Assembly: GCF_030684315.1 (NCBI RefSeq) | Contig: NC_081363.1 | Location: forward strand, 62,872,312 to 62,936,311 | DNA length: 64,000 bases | Direction: 5' to 3' | Source of the DNA: Stegostoma tigrinum | Taxonomy: Eukaryota | Shown: positions 50,715-62,935 of the stretch, one piece after another | Layout: each line of letters begins with the position of its first letter | Numbering within the stretch: position 1 is the stretch's first letter | Notes under the pieces: generated by a model | What the model was told of the DNA's origin: nothing | The model's input: the letters and a program-made list of their open reading frames with translations, nothing else | Databases searched by the model: none | Translations under genes and position numbers: made by a program

Positions 50715-51880
50715 AATCATATAATGGTAACAGTGCATTAAAAGGTCCTTGGGTCATACACAAATGGAGTCAGACAGTCACACAGCATGGAAAGAGACCC
50801 ATTGGCCCAATCAGTCCATGCCGGCTGTAATTCCAAACTAAACTAGTCCCATCTGCCTGCAAGATAACAAAGTGTGAAGCTGGATGAACACCTCAGGCCA
50901 AGCAGCATCTCAGGAGTACAAAAGCTGACGTTTCGGGCCTAGACTCCTGCCTGCACTTGGCCCATATTTCTCCAAACATGTCTTATTCATGTGCTTACCC
51001 AAATGTCTTTTAAACATTGTAACTATACCCACATGCACCACATCTTCTGTACATTCAATCAACACGCAAACCACGCTGTGTAAAACAATTGTTCCTCATA
51101 TCTTTTTTTTAAATCTTTCTCCACTCACCTTAAAAATATGTCTACTAGTCTTGCCGCCCTTGGGAAAAGACACCTGCCATTCACGTTATTATTCACCCTT
51201 CATTATTTTATAAACCTCTGCAAGATTGCCCCTCAACCTCTTAAGCATCAGTGAAGAAAATGCCAGGCTACTTAACCTCTCCTTATAATTCAAACCTTCA
51301 TTCCCAGCACCCAGCAAAGTCCTGTTAAAGCACTTCTGAACCTTCTCCAGCTTGATAGTATCCTTTCTAAAACAGGGCAACCCCCGGAACTGGACATGGC
51401 ATACCAGAAGAGGCCTCTCCGAAGTTCTGTGCAATTTAACATAATGTCCCAACTCCTATACTCAAAGGTCTGATCAATGAAGGCTAGCATGCTAAATGAG
51501 ATGCAAACTTCAAAGAATTGTGGGCCTGAACCCCAAGTTCCCTCTGTTCTACAAAACTAACCAAGGCCCTACTTTTAATTGTATCAGTCCTGCTGTTTTT
51601 TTTCACCAAAATGCAAAACCTTGCATTTATCCAAATTAAACTCCATCTGCCACTCCTCAGCCCACTAACCCAATTAATCAGAATTACTTTGTAATCTTAG
51701 ATAACCCTCTTCACTGTCCACTATACTATCAATTCTCGTGTCATCTGCAAACTTACTAGTCATGCCTCTATATTCCAAGTGAAATCATTTATTTGGGTAA
51801 CAAATAAAAGTGGACATAGCACCAATCCCTGTGGAACACCTCTGGTCACAGGCCTCCAGTCAGTAAAACTGCGCTCCACC
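50715..51880 (-). mobile_element. CR1 LINE 3' part
   Basis: Minus ORFs 51189..51452 and 51290..51490 (RLRGNLAEVYKIMKG, LAFIDQTFEYRSW) and SKFADDTRI near 51745. Confidence 0.85.
50862..50946 (-). mobile_element. 85-bp PLE mini-insertion with 9-bp TSD inside CR1
   Basis: TSD CTGCCTGCA at 50853-50861 and 50947-50955. Truncated inside hammerhead stem II. Confidence 0.85.
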
Positions 51881-51889
51881 ATCAACACA

Positions 51890-52560
51890 TCTATGCTGGT
51901 TTTCTGCATAAAAAACAATTAACCAATATCACGCTCCTGCCCTTCCCCATAACTCTGCAAATGTTCCCTTTTCAGGTAATGGTCCAATTCCATTTTGAAT
52001 GGTTTCATTGAACCAGTGTCCATTACACTGTCAGGCAGGGCATTCCAGGCTCTGACCATTTGATGTGTGAATGTACTTTACCTCATGCCACTATTGCTTC
52101 TTTTACCAATTACCTTGGATCTCTGTCATCTGGTCCTCAAGCCTGACTCAATGGGAACAGTTTCTCCCTGTCTATGCTGTCCAGCCACATATGATTTTGA
52201 ATATTTCTATCAAATCACTTCTTCGCATTTCCAGGAAGAACAGTTTGAGTTGTCCAATCTACCTACAGACCGCGAGTTCTTCATTGTTGGAATTATTCAC
52301 ATGAATCTTTTCAGCACTCACTGCAATGTCTTTATATTCTTCCTACAGTGTAGAGCCGACAACAGAACACAGTAGTCTGGCTGAGCCTAAATCAATATTT
52401 TATACACATTTAACATAACATACATGTTTTCCTATTTCGTATCACAATTTATAAAACCCAGAATGCCATATTCTTTATTAATATCTCTCCTGAACAGTCT
52501 TGAAACATTCAATGGTTTATATAAATGTACACAAATGTCTCTCTGCTCACAAATCTTTTT
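51890..52560 (-). mobile_element. Older CR1 3' fragment
   Basis: Minus strand reads MVRAWNALPDSVM, DLIEIFKII, YCVLLS. Confidence 0.65.
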
Positions 52561-53744
52561 TTGAATTACACTTTGGGGAATTCCACTGCAAATCTGTCTT
52601 CAATCTGAAAAAGAAAACATTAATTAATTGCCACTTTCTGTTTCATTTCACTCAGCCAGCTCATACCTAGGTTGCTACTCATTGTTATTCCATAAACTTT
52701 AACCTTGCATTGTCATAGAGAACACCTTCTCTATCAGTTTTAAACAAAGCAGGTGTCTGGACCACCTTCTCTTTCACTTGGCCTTGTGCAGCATCTATTT
52801 TTTTCGTTGGTACGGGAATTGCAAAATATTCTTAGATTTCATCAATGTCTCCTGCCTTCCTGCTCCATTTGATACTTAATTGGCTTCTCATTTTTGTATG
52901 CCTCTAGAAGTCTTCTGGATTTCCTTTTATGCTAGCTCATAGTCTCCTCTCGTATTATCTTTGGTTTTCTTATTTGTTTTTTAATTATCTTTGAGCTGCC
53001 TGTATTGGGCCTGATTCGCCAATGTTTCTCTCTACCTGAAATCTGTGAAAAGCACCAATTTTCTGCTTCATCTTAATTCCTATCTACTTCACAATTCAGG
53101 GGGCTCTGGGTTTGTTTGCCTTTCCTTTCCCCTACTCATGAATTTAAATATTACATTCCAATTGCAATGCTCCTTTTTAACCACAATTTTAATTGAATTT
53201 AGGCTGGCTGAGATATCCAGACCTTGAGAAGCCTGCTCAATAAGAGACGTGAGCACTGTGGGATCCATCATTGCAACTATCTGTGCGATTCAGGATAGCT
53301 GCTGCACAAACTCCACGTAATTGGAAATGCTGCCAGATTCTTCTGATCTTCCCCATGAAGTAAACAATAAAAATCTTCCCTCCGTCCCACCTGCCTATAA
53401 CTCTTTCTCTGATTCTTCCATTCTCACTTGCTCCCGGGTCATCTGTGGTCTCCAATCTTGCCTGACTCTAGCAAGCTGCTCTTCAAATATTAACTGGCTT
53501 CATTCCTATTGGCTCCCTGTGCTGATCCTATGACATTCCCCAGCTGCTGTCAACTCTCCAACTTGACCTGTTGTCATAGGCTTACAAGCTGTCTGGCTGA
53601 CTATGGCTGTGGATGAGAAAGAAACAAAAGCAATTTGGTTCTGCTGTTAAATCTATCGTACTTTCCAAAAATTCATTCATTCTTCCAAGTTTGAATACTT
53701 CACACTAGATCCTCACTTTCATCCCACCTCCAACTTCATTTTAA

Positions 53745-54095
53745 TTCATTTATGGGATGAGGGTGTTACTGGCTGGACCAGCATTTATTACTCATTCCTA
53801 ACTGCCCAGAAGACAGTTAAAAGTCAACCACATTTGCTGTACTTATGGAGTCAAATATAGGCCAGATCAGGTGAGGATGGCAGATTTCCTTTCTGAAGGA
53901 CATTAGTGAATCAGATGGGTTTTTCCTGACAATTAACAATGGTTTTGCGGTCATCAATAGCTTCTTAATTCTGATATCTTTTATTGAATTCAAATTTCAT
54001 TATCTGCCATGGCAAGATTCGAGTCATGATCCCAGAATATTAGCCGAGTCTCTGGATTAATATTCTAGTGATGATACCACTAGACTATTGCCTCC
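53745..54095 (-). mobile_element. Deu-type tRNA SINE, near full length
   Basis: Minus-strand head GAGGCAATAGTCTAGTGGTATCATCACTAGA; body homologous to 24668-24945. Confidence 0.8.
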
Positions 54096-54221
54096 TCAAC
54101 TTAAATTCAACTCAGTTATATTTCCTCCCATCAAAGGACAGAATTTTCCCAGCTTGACAGACACCAGCTCTGAAGCATGCACAACAAATTCCAGGATCCT
54201 CGCATGATCCCATACATACTA

Positions 54222-54561
54222 GATGATCAGAGGATTAGTTAGGGTGGACAGTGAGAATCTTTTTCTGAGGATGATGGCATCAGCTTGTACGAGGGGGCAT
54301 GGCTACAAATTGAGGGGTGATAGATTTAAGACAGATGTCAGAGGCAGGTTCTTTACTCAGAGAGAGGTAAGGATGTGGAACGCCCTGCCTGCCAATGTAG
54401 TTAACTCAGCCACATTAGGGGCATTTAAACAGTCCTTGGATAAGCAGATGGATGATGATGGGATAGTGTAGGGGGATGGGCTGAGATTACTTCACAGGTC
54501 GGCACAACATTGAGAGCTGAAGGGCCTGTTCTGCGCTGTGTTGTTCTATGTTCTATGTTCT
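54222..54561 (+). mobile_element. CR1 LINE 3' end
   Basis: ORF 54223..54471 [30 protein letters not shown]; tail TGTTCTATGTTCTATGTTCT. Confidence 0.92.
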
Positions 54562-54714
54562 TCCATCTTTCCCAGAGTGGGTTATGAGTCCTGGAGGAGC
54601 CCCCTAATGGGAAAGAAATGTAAGTGATTAAGAAGTTAATTAAAAGCTCTTTCAAACATGACATCCTTCAATTCCAATAGCACTACATTGAGAAGACAAG
54701 CTCTCAGCAGGAAC

Positions 54715-54808
54715 AAGGGCAGAAGTTGCTGAAAAAGCTCAGCAGGCCTGGCAGCATCTGGGAAGAAAAATCAGAGTTATTGTTCTGGGTCTCAATGACC
54801 CTTCCTCT
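54715..54808 (-). mobile_element. 94-bp PLE (second family) mini-insertion with 15-bp TSD
   Basis: TSD GCTCTCAGCAGGAAC at 54700-54714 and 54809-54823. Insert starts at the hammerhead core (GAGGAAGGGTCATTGAGACCC). Confidence 0.85.
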
Positions 54809-57409
54809 GCTCTCAGCAGGAACTCATTTGAGTGAAACTAGTTGAAAAGCAGACTTCTGCAGATTCTGACATGAAATCTGACATAAAACAGAAAATTCTG
54901 TATCGGCAAGTTAGCAGTATCGATGAAGAGAGGGAAACAGTGTTAACATTTCAGATCTGGAGTGAAATTATGAGCAGTATAAATTACATAACAAGTTAGT
55001 GACAGTGGAAGGTTAGCTCTAACAGGTGTGGATCTGTTGGATTAAACTCACTGACTTCATTGTGGTCTGCAAATTTGTGCAATATATGTGGAGGCCTTGT
55101 ATTCTACTGAGAGTAATCTTACTTTGTGGTATGAGGGCTATATGTTCAGAAACTGTTCAGAGCTCTGAGGAGCAGGTACAGCTCCTTCCCATTCCCGCAG
55201 CTGAAGTGACAGGGGAAGCAATGTTAGCAGCAGCAGCTGATGCCTTCTCTACAGCTGCATGCAACTGAAACAGAGTAGAAGGCATGGACGCATGGCTACC
55301 TCAAAGGAAGAAATGCCCTCAGCACAGAGCCTGTGGGTGGATGGTCAGCTCCTCAACTTCTCTGAATAAAAGCACATCCAAACTTGCAGTATTTTATGGC
55401 TGGTGAGTCCAGACCTCTGCAGCCTCTTGAAGGAAGACTTCAATCCAACAGAAGTGGCTGACTCACATTGCATATGGTTGTCAACTTTGTCATGTTCAGG
55501 TCCCTCCAGGAATCTGCTCATAATATCTGTAAGATGCCGTAACCTGCAGCCCACAAAACCTCCTCAGCCAGATTATTGACATGTTGGCTGTGAAGATGGA
55601 GGCAACCATGGGAGTAGGTAGATAATGAGGCGAATATGGATGTGATGCTTTGATGGAAAATCTTGCTAGGCACCTGTGAAGCTCGAAAGACCGTACACTT
55701 AGCTGAAGAAAAGTATCATTCTGCCGATTGTGTATCTACTGCTTCAGCACCCTGATAAAAGGCCTGTTTCCTCCAAAATCCTGCTCTTACTCTTTTGTTT
55801 TGTTCAGTTATGTTTGGGCAATGTCAACCGCTAAGACAAGAAACTCCCTTGAATCTCTTGAAGGCATTTATCATTGTTGTTTGGAAGATTTTAGATGTAG
55901 AAGTAATGCCAAAAAGTAAACAATATAAAAACTTCCAAATGATGTGACAAATTTTCCTAATCACTTAGATTCGTTATCCAATGCTCAGGAAATAGGCCCC
56001 AATGGTATATCACAGAGATTTAATGACACTGTCTTTTTGTATGTCTTCTTTTGTCGCATTGGTACTTGTTTTAATTTCAATGTCAGTTACCTATAGTTAA
56101 TAACTCAATAATTTTATCAATAAGGAACATTTAGAAATGAACTAACCTTTAAAACAGTTAAACAAAATGTTGACCAGTCTGTTTTAGCCTGAATCATTAC
56201 AAATTAAAAGTGGGTTACTCAATTTAGATTAATCTATGGTTTGCTGCTCACATTGTAGACAAATACATGCTATCTCTTGGCTTTGGGCTCCATTTATTAT
56301 ACTTTAATATTTCTAAGATTATATTTTGTTGAAAGTTGAAGTATGTTTGAAAGCTCTGATAAACTCATTTTAAGTGACCATTTCCTCATTTACAAGACTG
56401 TCTTGTGAAACCATCGTCGGCAATACTACTAATTGCATAGAGAAAGCTATTGATGTGGTCCTAATTTCATTACGTTGGCATCCCTGCAGAATTCCATACA
56501 TGTAGTGAATCACCTGCACCAGTTTTGCCAATTCTCATCTTGTCATGGTCCTTCGTGTGCTTGAAAGGTTTTGGTAATGTTAAGGTGTGTTCCATGATTT
56601 CCCCACATTGTAACTGATTTCCTGTGTTATTTTGTTCCCACAATTGCTATGGTGCTGACTGCTTCTCAACCCCTGGGATTGTCTTTAATGTTCCTCATGT
56701 TACTCTCTTACCATTAGGTCTCTCAGTCCCTGCCTCCAACTGTTACTGTATTGGAAACTCTTCAAAGAGGCTGGATGCTCTACGTTACTTCAGAAAGGTT
56801 GCTGGACTCTAAGGTCTTGTTAAGATTAACATCCAACATTCTATGAACTATTTACATTCTTAGACTCAGCAAGACATCTGCACATTAATATCTCTTCAGA
56901 TTCTCTCCATTGTGTAATCTCTTACATCATCATTGAAAAAATAAATTTGTATCTGAGTACTGATCTTTATTCTACAGCACCCACCAGCTTGCCCCAACAA
57001 AGTTCTCCATGGTTGTGTTTTGCTTTGTCCTTAGCAATGTATTGGTGCAGAAAGGACTGGAGCTGATGCCAGAGAAAGCTTGAAAGCCCGAAATCCTTAG
57101 AAAAGGATGAAAGTGAGGAGTTGAAATGTCACAGCTTCCAGAATTCTGATCTTAGAATATTAACCCTGAAAATATAACTATTTGAACAGGAAATTCTCCA
57201 AATATTCTGGTCAGTATTCCTCCCTCAATCAAAAACCCATCATGCAATGTATTGTTATTTAAGGCCTTTTACTATAGTCAAGGTGTATTTGGTAGTTGCT
57301 ACATAGCAGTTGTACTTCAAAATAATTCATTACTTACAATGTCTGATGTGAAGTTGCAAAAGACTGAGGTAAGAGCAGAAAATCAGAGAATGAGAGAATC
57401 AGATTGAGA

Positions 57410-58010
57410 ATTGAGAATCACAAAATGAGACATTTTAGTCACTCATGTCTGTGAAGCCTTCTTAAAATGTTCTGCCCAATATCTCTCATTTCCCTGTATT
57501 TTTGTCAGTAGTCTTGTAGATTTTCCATTCCGGTTAGAAAGTTGCTCTGCAATTTGCTTCCAGCACTATTTCAAATAGGACATTCCAGATCACGACAAAT
57601 CACTGCATAAATGCATTGCACCTCATCTCTCCAGTGGTACTTTTGATTTTTCTTTATAATCTCTATTCTCTGACTATGACTCTTTCACCAGCAGCAAGAG
57701 TTTCTCATTTACTAACTTAAAAACTCATCGTGTTTTTAAACACCTCTATTAGCCTTAAACTTAACCTTCTCCTTTCGAAGAAGAATCATCACATTTCTCT
57801 TGTCTTTCTACACCATTGCAATTCTTCATATCTGATATCGTTGTGGTGCAATTCTTGTGCATCTGCTCCATGGCATAGACATACTCCTTAAAATTCAGTA
57901 GCAAGATTTGGACACAATACTCCAGCTGAGACCTAAACAGTGACTTGTAAATGTTTAGTGAGCTTTCATTCTTTATTCTTTGATGAATAAAGCCCAGACA
58001 TCCTGCTATT
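57410..58010 (-). mobile_element. CR1 3' fragment, decayed
   Basis: ORF 57761..58018 LNIYKSLFRSQLEYCVQ. Confidence 0.75.
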
Positions 58011-59104
58011 ATGTGCATAGAAGTTCTTTCCTGTTATTCCATGGAGTTGAAGTTTCATTGCATTCAACTTCAGCAGCTTATGAATATAAAAGAGAAGTTC
58101 AGGGCTGACATTTACAAATAGTAAAGTTTAAAATGAGGTGCATTATTTATGTATTTTGTCATTAAATCTTTCTGTTCAATATTGTGTCCAAATACTGTCC
58201 AATATTTTTCCAATAAAGGAGCACATTTATAGTTTGCACATTAATACTGTAATCTCTTGGAGCCATGACTAATCCATCATGACAATTGTTTTGCAAACTT
58301 ATCGGTATTAATGAACTGCAATAAAACTTTCACAAACTATTATAGCGCCAGGTTGTCAACAAGGGCATGTATATTAAAATTTATTTCTTGCCAATTTTCT
58401 CCAGATAATTTTTCCTCTTGTTCTTTTTCTTTTGTAGTAAGATTTATTGAGCAAACTATTGGAATTAGCATCAAATTTCACAGGTTATTTGTGCTGTTTT
58501 ACAAGTGAACACACTAACGCCTTTGGAAAGATCCTGGCTTAGAAAAACATTTGTCTACGCTGTGCAGGATTATTGTCTGTGTTACAAATAGGCAGATCCA
58601 AGGAACTCCAGGTTTTGATCCTTGGATATATAAACAATGAAAATGGGAATGCAGGAAGAGCTCAGAGAAATTGTGCGCATGACATCAGATGATTTTTAAC
58701 TCAGGGCTAGAACTAGAATTAAATATTCCTGGATAGAATATATTTAAGTGGGTTGGTATGATGTGATATGACAGCATGTCCAATCGGAGATGCTTGGCTC
58801 ATTGTCTGCTGGCGCCTCATTCTGAACTATTTCCTTGGCAATTTACCATGTCCCTCCACTCTCATAGGCAGGGGTGAGGAGGCAGGTCATTAATCTAGCT
58901 CAGCCAAGGCAGGATTAGCACATGTGCTGTTGGCATTTTTGGAAGCCCCATTTTAGCCATATGAACAAACTCAGCAAATGAGCTCAAGTGGGTCATAGGA
59001 AAGAGAAAAATTAAGATAGCATATTCATATTGATCGGCAATATAATTACAGCTTGATCAAGGTCCAATGTATGCCAGATTCTAAGCCTAAATCCATTTCG
59101 TTAT

Positions 59105-59245
59105 TTTAAGGAACCAGAGTGATTTAACCTGAGGGTCACCATTCCTCATGGTGAGATTGAGAAAAAGACTTCTTCCTGGTAACCCTCAGCTGGAGTGGGA
59201 ATTGAACTCAGGCATCGCTCTGTATCACAGACTGGCCACCCAGAC
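59105..59245 (-). mobile_element. tRNA-derived SINE remnant
   Basis: Minus-strand B-box GAGTTCAATTCC. A similar decayed copy lies at ~58850-58980. Confidence 0.45.
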
Positions 59246-59721
59246 CTATAACCCTGCATGACCTCTCCATTGCATACTCTGGGCAGCTCAACGTTTTGTA
59301 ATAACTTACACCACACTAGCAGCCATGCCATCCACTTTCAGCTCTCTCAATCCCTCCCTTTCTCTCTTTCCAAGGGAAGATGGACACAATGTGGCAATTG
59401 TACACCTGGTAATGACCAAGTGTCTCCACTGTAGGGAAGCTCGAATAAATAACCTTTGGTCATACACCAGCAAGTTATCCATGATTTTGAAAGTTGATGG
59501 TCCTCAAAGTAGATGCTCTCAATTAAAACACATATCATGTTAATTTCAGCAGTCCCACAACTAGGCATCTTGTCTTGCTGGTCAGCAGTCCTCAGTAATG
59601 AGTGTGTACATCTTGTTCTACAATAGTGCTGATCAAACAAGCACATTGCATCTGCAGCAGGTCAGCAGCATTGGCTCAAATTCTTAGGGGACGTTTCCTC
59701 ACAAGTCCGTGGAGACATCTG

Positions 59722-60023
59722 CCTCGGGAAAACAACCAACATAATCAAAGATCCCTCCCACCCTGGTCATACTCCCTTCTACCCTCTACTGTTGGGTGCA
59801 AAATAAAGATGTTTGTGTACACACATTATAGATTGAATGGCTTCTTCTCCACTGGACATCTCAAATTTTAAATTTAATGTTGATCTCACTCTTTATCACC
59901 TTCTCTGCATTCTTTGCTCGTTGTCTTACCTATACACTTTGTATGGTATGATCGGTGTGTAATGCATGTAAAACAACACTTTTCCCTGTGCCTAGGTACA
60001 TGTGCAATAATAAATCAAATCAA
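59722..60023 (+). mobile_element. Rex1/Babar 3' end
   Basis: Homologous to 34970-35303 (AACATAATCAAAGA...ACATGTG..AATAAATCAAATCAA). Confidence 0.8.
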
Positions 60024-60859
60024 TTGCAAGGACAGATTATGTGACAAACACCCTGCATAAGCAGCAAACAAGAAATCATGTCACTTACTGGAGTGGTCCC
60101 AAACAAAGTCCATGGAGGCACCTGGTTACCCCTGACCATGGATGATTATCCCTCCCATATTACCCAGTTGCTATCCAAGCTTTACACATTCAAATACAGT
60201 TGTTCTTCTTTATAATTGTTCTCCTATCAAACCCCTCCCCAGCCTGCAGCTCTGAACCCTATGCATAGATACTTGAATCTCTTTGCCACAGCACAGCCCC
60301 CTTCAGCTGCCAAAATCCAAGAGCACTATGGACAAAACCCACTGGACTAATATGGGTTGCTGCCCTTGGCCTATTTGCATCACCTGATATACAGGTGTCT
60401 CCGTGGACTTCAGTGGGGACCACTCCCTCAGGACTTTGAGCCATGGCTGTCTGCTTGCTGTACATGCAGTGTGTTTGCTGCTGGCATATAATGCAGGTGT
60501 GAGGTTGGTGCTGCAGTACAACAAGAAGTACACTCTCATGATTGAGGTTTGCTGATCAGCAAGTCAAGCTGCCCGGTTGTGTGACTGTTCCAATTGATAC
60601 AACATTTGAGTTGACTGAGAACGTATACTTTGAGCCCCAGCAGCATTTCACAACTGTGGACAATTTGCTAGCATATTACTATGGATTATTTATTCCATTT
60701 TCCCGTTAGGTAGATGCCCTAGACAAAATACAGTGGAGACACTTAGACATTACCAGATATGCAACTTGGTCTTCAGCAGTGTGGTGACCAGAGGTTGAAG
60801 ATCTTATATTGCATTTGAAATCTTAAATTAATCAGGGTTTTCAGGAGCTCCTGTCAATA

Positions 60860-62935
60860 TCAAAGAAAGATAAGAAGCAAAAACTCAATAAACATGGTCA
60901 AGGATGCATTGACTTAAAAACTAAGGCAAACAAGATGATGGAAACTAATGATAGGTTAAAACATTATGGGATTTTTTTAGGAACAAGCAGCAGATGACTA
61001 AAAGTTAATATAAAGGGAGAAAATTGATTATTAAAGTAATTTGGCAAAAAGATAAACAAATAGCATAAGCTTCTTTGGGTATAATAAAAGAAAGACAGTA
61101 GCTGAAATCTGTGAAGGATGCAACTGGGGACAGGGAAGTAGTCAATAATTTAAATCAATATTTTACATCAGTCTTTAAGTTGAAGGAAAGATAACAGATA
61201 AAGAAGGTGCTAATAAGAGAAAAGATCATGTCACAGTCTCTGTCATGATGGCCAAAGCACTTGACAAACTAAAGTGACTAATGGTAGACAAGTTACCAAG
61301 GCCTGATGGCTTAGGTGTAAGGGTTTTAAAGGAAGTGGCTGCAGAGATAGTGAAGGCATTGATCAAAATATTCCAGAATTCACTGGATTCCAGGAGCGTA
61401 ATAGCAGATTGGAAAACCACTGATGTCACATCCTTATTCAAGAAGGGAGGGAGAGAGAAACCAGAAATCACAGAGCAATTATCTTTACATCTGTCATTGG
61501 CAAAATGCAAAGCCCATTATTAGGTAAGAGAAATAAGATATTTAGAAAAAACTCAACACAACCAAACAGAGTCAACATGATTTTGTGGAAGGAATATCAA
61601 GCTTGACAATTTTACATTTTTTTAAAGATATAACAAGCAGAATTGATAAAGGCGAACCAGTAGATGTAGTAAATTTGGACTTTTAGAAAGCCTCTGGTAA
61701 CGTGCCACATAAAAGATTATTGAAAAGATAGGAGGTCAGAATGTGGGGTTAATGTATGAACATTGATTGATATTCTGAAGACATTATTAATGAGTACTAA
61801 TGAGTCTGTTTCAGGTTAGAAAGACATAACTATGAAAGTGCCACAAATGTCAGGTCTCAATTATTTATTACCAATATCAAAGTCTTGGAAGAAGGAACAG
61901 AATGAAATGTATCTATATTTGCTGTTGATACAAAATAGTTGGGAGGCCATGTTGTGATGAGGACAAAAGGAAGCTTCAAGGGAATAATGATAGATTGAGT
62001 GGATGGACAAAAACTTGTTAGATGGAGCTGAATATAGGGAAGTGTGAAGTAATGCATTTGGCAGGAAGAATCAAAATGCAGATTAATTAAATAGAGAGAG
62101 ATTCCAAAAAAAAGTGCAGTGCAAGGGGATCTAGATCTTCTTACTCATGAAACACAAAAAAGAATAGCATGCGGGTGCAGCAAGTAATTAAGAAGGCAAA
62201 TGGAATTTTGGTCTTTATTGCATTGGAGTTTAAAAACAAGGAAGTCCTATTGAAACTATGTAGGGTGTTGATGAGTTTTCTCTCTTTTACTGAAAATAAA
62301 ATGAACTGACAGTTATAAGGAGACTCACTGAGCTGATTCCTGAGATAAAGGCATTGGATTATCAAGAATAGCTGAACAGGTTAGGCTTTTATTGAGTATT
62401 CAAGAAGACTGAGGTGGGATTTTAATAAAACATACAAGGTTCTGAGGGAATTTAATAGAGTACAATTTAAAAAGATGTTTTCATCCCTGGAGGCATCGTA
62501 GACTAGGGGACATAGCTACAGAGTTAGGGGGTACTCATTTAAAACTGAAATGCAAATAAATTTCTTCTCCCAGAGGTAGTGAATATCTGGAAAGAAAGTT
62601 ACATAAAAGTTGATTGCATAGATAGGAGCTCACAGTTTTGGGAGTAATGTATTAGCAAGGATTGAGGATTAGTTAAGATAGAAAACAAAGTCGAGACTAA
62701 TGAATCTTTTTCAGGTTGCAAATATGTAACCATTGGTTTAGAGAGACAGTTTGGAGGCTATATCACTGAAACACCTTAAATATAGATAGATGAAGGTTGA
62801 CTGATTTGTTGAAATATCAGGAAATTCAGAGCCTGACAGATTTGCATGAATGAGAAGTTGGGGCCAAGGACAGATCATCTGTAATCTGTTGAATGGCATG
62901 GCCGAATAATCTTCTCTGCTTTTCTTTCTGATATT
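60860..62935 (+). mobile_element. CR1 LINE ORF2 remnant, decayed
   Basis: DKLPRPDGLGVRVLKEVAAEIV.AL..IFQNSLDS..V.ADWK...VTSLFKKGGREKP; GEPVDVVNLDF.KA...VPH; RLRWDFNKTYKVLRE. Confidence 0.85.

Larger units (their letters stand above)
54136..55786 (+). mobile_element. Internally deleted Harbinger element with nested inserts
   Basis: Candidate TIRs GGACAGAATTTT (54136) and AAAATCCTGCTC (55775-55786). Transposase N-terminal remnant at 55310-55560 (PQHR, DLCSLLKED, SGPSRNL/SAHNIC..QPAAH-like). Confidence 0.5.
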
